From Chiloscyllium plagiosum (taxonomy: Eukaryota), in assembly GCF_004010195.1 (NCBI RefSeq), contig NC_057718.1, forward strand, positions 1,564,881 through 1,618,019: a DNA stretch of 53,139 nucleotides. Reading direction: 5' to 3'. Positions within the stretch are counted from its first letter, which is position 1, and each line of letters begins with the position of its first letter. A model generated the notes under the pieces. The model did no database searches and was not told the origin of the DNA. It saw only the letters and a list, made by a program, of their open reading frames with translations. Made by a program: the position numbers and the translations under genes. Below are positions 48,690-53,139 of the stretch, in pieces.

Positions 48690-50060
48690 ACATAAGAACA
48701 TAGAGCTCAAGAACTAGGAGCTGGAGTAGGCCATTCAGCCCCTCAAGTCTGCGCCACTATTCAGTACAATCATAGTTCATCTCATCTCAGCCTCAAATCA
48801 ACTTGCCTACGCATTCTCCATAACCTTCCACTCGTTAATAATTCAAAATCTCTCTATCTCTTCCTTAAATTTACCTAATGTTCCAGTATCCACTGCAGGC
48901 TATGATAGCACCTCTCCCTTTGAGAAAAATCATTTCTCCTCATCACTGTTTTAAATTGCTTAACAACCAAATCAAACTAAACTCATCCTAAAATATAACC
49001 TCTTGTTCTAGATTGCCCTACATGAGGTAACATTCTTTCTACGTATACTCTTGTATACTTCATTAGATCTGCTGTCATTCTTCTAAACTCCAGAGGGCAT
49101 AAACCTAAATTGCTATATCTCTCTTCAAAAAAATCTGTCATTTCTGGGATCAGTCCAGTGAACTTCCTCTGAACTCCCTCCATTACAACTACATTCTCCT
49201 CAATTAAATGTGCGCAGTACTCCAGATGCAGTCTCACTAATGCATTTTACAGTTGCAGAAACACTTCCCTACTTTTATGCTCTATTTAGAGAATAGTATA
49301 GTCACAGAGTCATAGAGATGCACAGCACAGAAACAGACGCTTTGGTCCAACCCGTCCATGCCGACCAGATATCCCAACCCAATCTAGCACCCGGCCCATA
49401 TTCCTCTAAACTCTTCCTATTCATTTACCCATCCAAATGCCTTTTAAATGTTGCAATTGTACCAGCCTCCACCACTTCCTCTGGCAGCTCATTCCATACA
49501 CGTACCACCCTCTGCGTGAAAAAGTTGTCCCTTAGGTCTCTTTTATATCTTTCCCCTCTCACCCTAAACTTATGCCCTCTAGTTCTGGCTTCCCCCACCC
49601 CAGGGAAAAAAACTTTGTCTATTTACCCTATCCATGCCCCTCTTGATTTTATAAATCTCTATAAGGTCACCCCTCAGCTCCCAAAGCTCCAGGGAAAACA
49701 GCCCCAACCTGTTCAGCCTCTCTCTATAGCTCAAATCCTCCAACCCTGGCAACATTCTTGTAAATCTTTTCTGAACTCTTTCAAGTTTCACATCTTTCTG
49801 AGAGGAAGGAGACCAGAACTGCACGCAATATCTCAACAGTGGCCTGTACAGCCGCAACATGACCTCCCAACTCCCAAGTCCTAATAAATAAATACATATC
49901 AACATTTAGTTTGTACTCCTCATTACCTGCTGTACCTGCATACCCATTTGCCTACAATTCATCACGAGGATACCCAGATCCTTCTGCACCAATCTGAAGT
50001 TTATTTCCATTTAATTAATAAGTTGCCTTTCTATTCCTCTGAACAAAATGAAAAACCTAG
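48690..50060 (-). mobile_element. Old CR1 3' end with a nested younger CR1 3' end (~49298-49882)
   Basis: RLHLEYCA…GVQRKFTGLIP and YCVQFWSP…LERVQKRFTRMLPGL. Confidence 0.85.
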
Positions 50061-50157
50061 TGAATTTGAGGTAACAGTCATGGGGTCATTTATTGACTGA
50101 CTGGTGCCATTTGGATCACACAGAATCAAGGACTAGTGTGTAAATATCTGAGGACTT

Positions 50158-50700
50158 GCGTGTGTGTGCACGTGTGTGTGTACGTATGTATGTGGGTATG
50201 TGTGTGAGCACATGTGTGTACATGTGTGTGCATACCAGTGTGTGTGTGTACTGGTATGTATGTGTACATGTGTGTATGTGTGTGTGTATGTGTATGTACG
50301 TGTGTGTATGTACGTGTGTGTGTACTTGTTTGTGTACTTGTGTGTTTGTGTGTACATGTGTACCTGTGTGCGTGTGTGTGTATGTGTGTACCTGTGTGCG
50401 AGTGCGCGCGTGTGTGTGGGTGTACATGTGTGTGTGTGTGTGTCTGTGTGTGGATNNNNNNNNNNNNNNNNNNNNNNNNNNNNNNNNNNNNNNNNNNNNN
50501 NNNNNNNNNNNNNNNNNNNNNNNNNNNNNNNNNNNNNNNNNNNNNNNNNNNNNNNNNNNNNNNNNNNNNNNNNNNNNNNNNNNNNNNNNNNNNNNNNNNN
50601 NNNNNNNNNNNNNNNNNNNNNNNNNNNNNNNNNNTGTGTGTGTGTGTGTGTGTATGTGTGTGTGTATACGTGTGTGTGTGTGTGTGTGTACCTGTGTGTA
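50158..50700. repeat. Compound (TG)n microsatellite containing an assembly gap (N, 50456-50634)
   Basis: TG/TA/CG-interrupted dinucleotide run with 179 Ns. Confidence 0.97.
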
Positions 50701-50729
50701 CTGTAACTAATGATCTGTTCGTTTTCCAG

Positions 50730-50841
50730 TATTATTTTCGCAGATATCAAAGGTTTTACCAACCTGTCCATGGGCCTTTCACCACAGCAGTTAGTCCTCC
50801 TGCTAAATGAACTCTTTGCACAGTGTGACGATCTGGCTGAG
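50730..50841 (+). CDS. ADCY8: Adenylate cyclase type 8-like, exon C (112 bp, phase 2/0; start of C1a catalytic domain)
   Basis: Branch-point-like taactaat at ~50704-50711, acceptor gttttccAG and donor gag|GTtagt. Translates (S)[37 protein letters not shown], the class III cyclase SILFADxxGFT…LNELFxxFD motif. Phase matches exon B. Confidence 0.93.
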
Positions 50842-50879
50842 GTTAGTTGAATTCCATTCTGCACATTTGCACTTGTGTC

Positions 50880-51240
50880 GTCACTGATTTCATCCAGAGA
50901 CCCAAGGTAATGCTTTGGGAACAATCCCAGAATGGTAGACGATGAGATTTAAATTTGGTTAATAAAAAGGTCTGGAATTCAGAGCTAGTTTCTATAATGC
51001 TGATCTTAGAACTATCTTTGATTATTGTTATAACTCATCTGGTTCACTATTAATGAAGGAAATCTGCTATTTTGCCTTGTCTGACCAATAGGTGACTCAA
51101 GTCCCCCAGCAATATGGTTGTCTTTGAACTGCCTCTGAAGTAGCTGAGTAAACTACTCAGTTCAGGGGCAGTTAGAGATGGACAACAAATGCTGGCCAGT
51201 CATAGCCAGAAACACCCATATTCCACAAAATAATAATAAG
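50880..51240 (+). mobile_element. Old SINE-like repeat with LINE-type tail
   Basis: Tail aaatgctggcc…cccatattccacaaaataataa resembles the end of the 39-40 kb LINE. The body resembles 3965-4285 inverted. Confidence 0.5.
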
Positions 51241-51341
51241 ATACATGACCAGCTGGGAGGATTGTTGCCTGTGCCAGTGGGAGTGTGTCGCAGAGAATAG
51301 TGGCTCCTGGGAAAGCAGGAAAGTTACACCCATTCCTTGTG

Positions 51342-51785
51342 GTTAAAAATCACACAACACCAAGTTATAGTCCAACAGGTTTATTTGGAGGTACAAGCTT
51401 TCAGAGCATTGCTCCTTCATCAGGTGGAGGAGGATCATAGGGCACAGAATTTATAGCAAAAGATCACAGTGTCTTACACTGTTGTGATAAGTTGAAAAAA
51501 CCTAGATTGCTTTCATCTTTTAGAATGGGTTGCAGGTTTCCATGCATTAATATGTAAATCCCAGAACTTCTTTCAAGTCATATTCCCAAGATAACTTAAG
51601 GTTTTACAAAAAAAAATCTGCATTGCAGAATTATGTTTGCAGATATATTCTATTTTGTTCAAAGAGCATGCAATCTGTAGGCTGTCAACATTTTTAATAA
51701 TCCATATATTCCTACTTTCCGAATTCCTACTTTGGAAATAGAACCAGTCTGACCCAAGGTTGGGATACAGGCGGACTGTAACCTA
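51342..51785 (-). mobile_element. PLE 3' end (family B)
   Basis: gttaaaaatcacacaacacc…, with minus-strand cac-CTGATGA-a-ggagc(aat)gctct-GAAA-g-CTT at ~51390-51425. Confidence 0.78.
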
Positions 51786-52112
51786 ATTTTCTAAGAGGTC
51801 TATGTTCACTTTGATCTCTTGCTTCCTTTTGATACTTTTCAAGAACTCTGATTGTCAGTTTTTGTATTGTTCACAGGTTTGCCTGGTAGTTTTTTTTCTC
51901 TCATTATTTGTTTTGGCATCCTTTACTGGATTTTGAAGTTATCTCAATCTTTGGGACCATCGCTGACTTCTGTCTCCTTACACAATGTTTTTTTCAACTT
52001 AATACTATCCTTAATTTCCTTAGTTAGCCCATGTTCAGTTTACCTCTCTCTTAGAATCTTTCCTCCTCACCGGGGTGTATTTTTGCTGAGATCATAAATT
52101 AACTTCTCCAGT

Positions 52113-53139
52113 TACAGGTTCCGCCCCCAGTCCCAGCTCCACACGCACACCAGATCCCAGCTCTCAGCAAAGGACTCACCTTCATCCCCCTCCGTCCACG
52201 CATCAATGAATTTAATACACGCTGTGATGTCCAACACTTCTTCCATCGCCTCCGCCTCCGAGCTTACTTTCACAGTCAGGACTCCCGCCCACCTTCCGAG
52301 GACCCCTTCGCCCACCTCCAACACACTGCATCCACCTGGACACCCCGCGCTGGACTATTACCCGCCCTCGATCTCTTCATTTCCAACTGCCGCCGGGACA
52401 TTAACCGCCTCAATCTGTCTACCTCCCTCCCCCACTCCAACCTCTCACCGTCACAACGCGCAGCCCTCCAATCCCTCTCCTCCTATCCCAACCTCACCAT
52501 CAAGCCAGCGGACAAAGGGGGCGCAGTGGTAGTCTGGCGCACTGACCCCTACATCGCTGAAGCCAAACGCCAACTCGAGGACACCTCTTCCTACCGCCCC
52601 CTTGACCATGACCCCACCCCCCATCACCAAACCATCATCTCCCAGACCATACACAACCTCATCACCTCAGGAGATCTCCCACCCACAGCTTCCAACCTCA
52701 TAGTCCAGGAACCCCGCACTGCCCAGTTCTACCTCCTTCCCAAGATCCACAAGCCCGACCACCCTGGCCGACCCATTGTCTCAGCATGCTCCTGCCCCAC
52801 CGAACTCATTTCTACCTACCTCGACACTTTCCTATTCCACCAGTCCAGGAACTCTCCACATACGTTCGAGACACCACCCACGCCCCCCACCTCCTCCAAG
52901 ACTTCCGTTTCCCCGGCACACAACGCCTCATCTTCACCATGGATATCCAATCCCTCTACACCCCCATCCGCCATGACCAGAGCCTCCAAGCCCTCCGTTT
53001 TTTCCTCTCCAGACGTTCCCAACAATACCCCTCCACCGACACTCTCATTCGTTCGGCCGAACTGGTCCTCACCCTTAACAATTTCTCCTTCGAATCCTCC
53101 CACTTCCTCCAGACCAAAAGGGTAGCCATGGGCACACGT
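52113..53139 (+). mobile_element. Penelope-like element reverse transcriptase (N-terminal part, frameshift near 52830, runs off window)
   Basis: LSKGLTFIP…IKPADKGGAVVVW…FYLLPKIHK…GRPIVS, then in another frame FTMDIQSLYT…LTLNNFSF…QTKRVAMGT. These are diagnostic PLE RT motifs. Confidence 0.93.

Noticed and set aside
42096..50743. Alternative donor (aat|gtaagg, 5 nt upstream) and alternative acceptor (ttttcgcag, 14 nt downstream)
   Set aside because: Either alone or both together (-19 nt) shift the frame and disrupt the FAD motif. The annotated sites give the conserved protein.
50116..50924. Long His/Thr- and Cys/Val-rich ORFs
   Set aside because: These are translations of the (TG)n microsatellite and N gap.

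Overview
This is a vertebrate genomic window, most likely from a cartilaginous fish (shark). That is inferred from HE1/V-SINEs and abundant CR1 LINEs with esterase ORF1. Three GT-AG exons on the + strand (7013-7162, 41976-42100, 50730-50841) splice in frame and encode TM6, the coiled-coil region and the start of catalytic C1a (FADIKGFT) of a divergent ADCY8-like transmembrane adenylyl cyclase. Nearly everything else is intron packed with nested, decayed retroelements: CR1 LINEs, a Rex1/Babar and an L2/CR1-like 3' end, tRNA-derived SINEs, two LTR-like elements and many Penelope-like element (PLE) pieces. The most striking structure is a set of short fold-back PLE insertions from at least four sequence families. 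Most have inverted arms, an unpaired ~33-42 nt tail and an 11-14 bp TSD, and most carry a minimal hammerhead ribozyme (CUGANGA-stem-GAAA-N-NUH). Several hammerheads read in the host pre-mRNA sense. A local duplication straddles the middle exon and gives filled and empty versions of one insertion site. Most ORF-track entries are TE remnants, antisense shadows or palindrome mirrors. Boundaries of decayed TEs are approximate.
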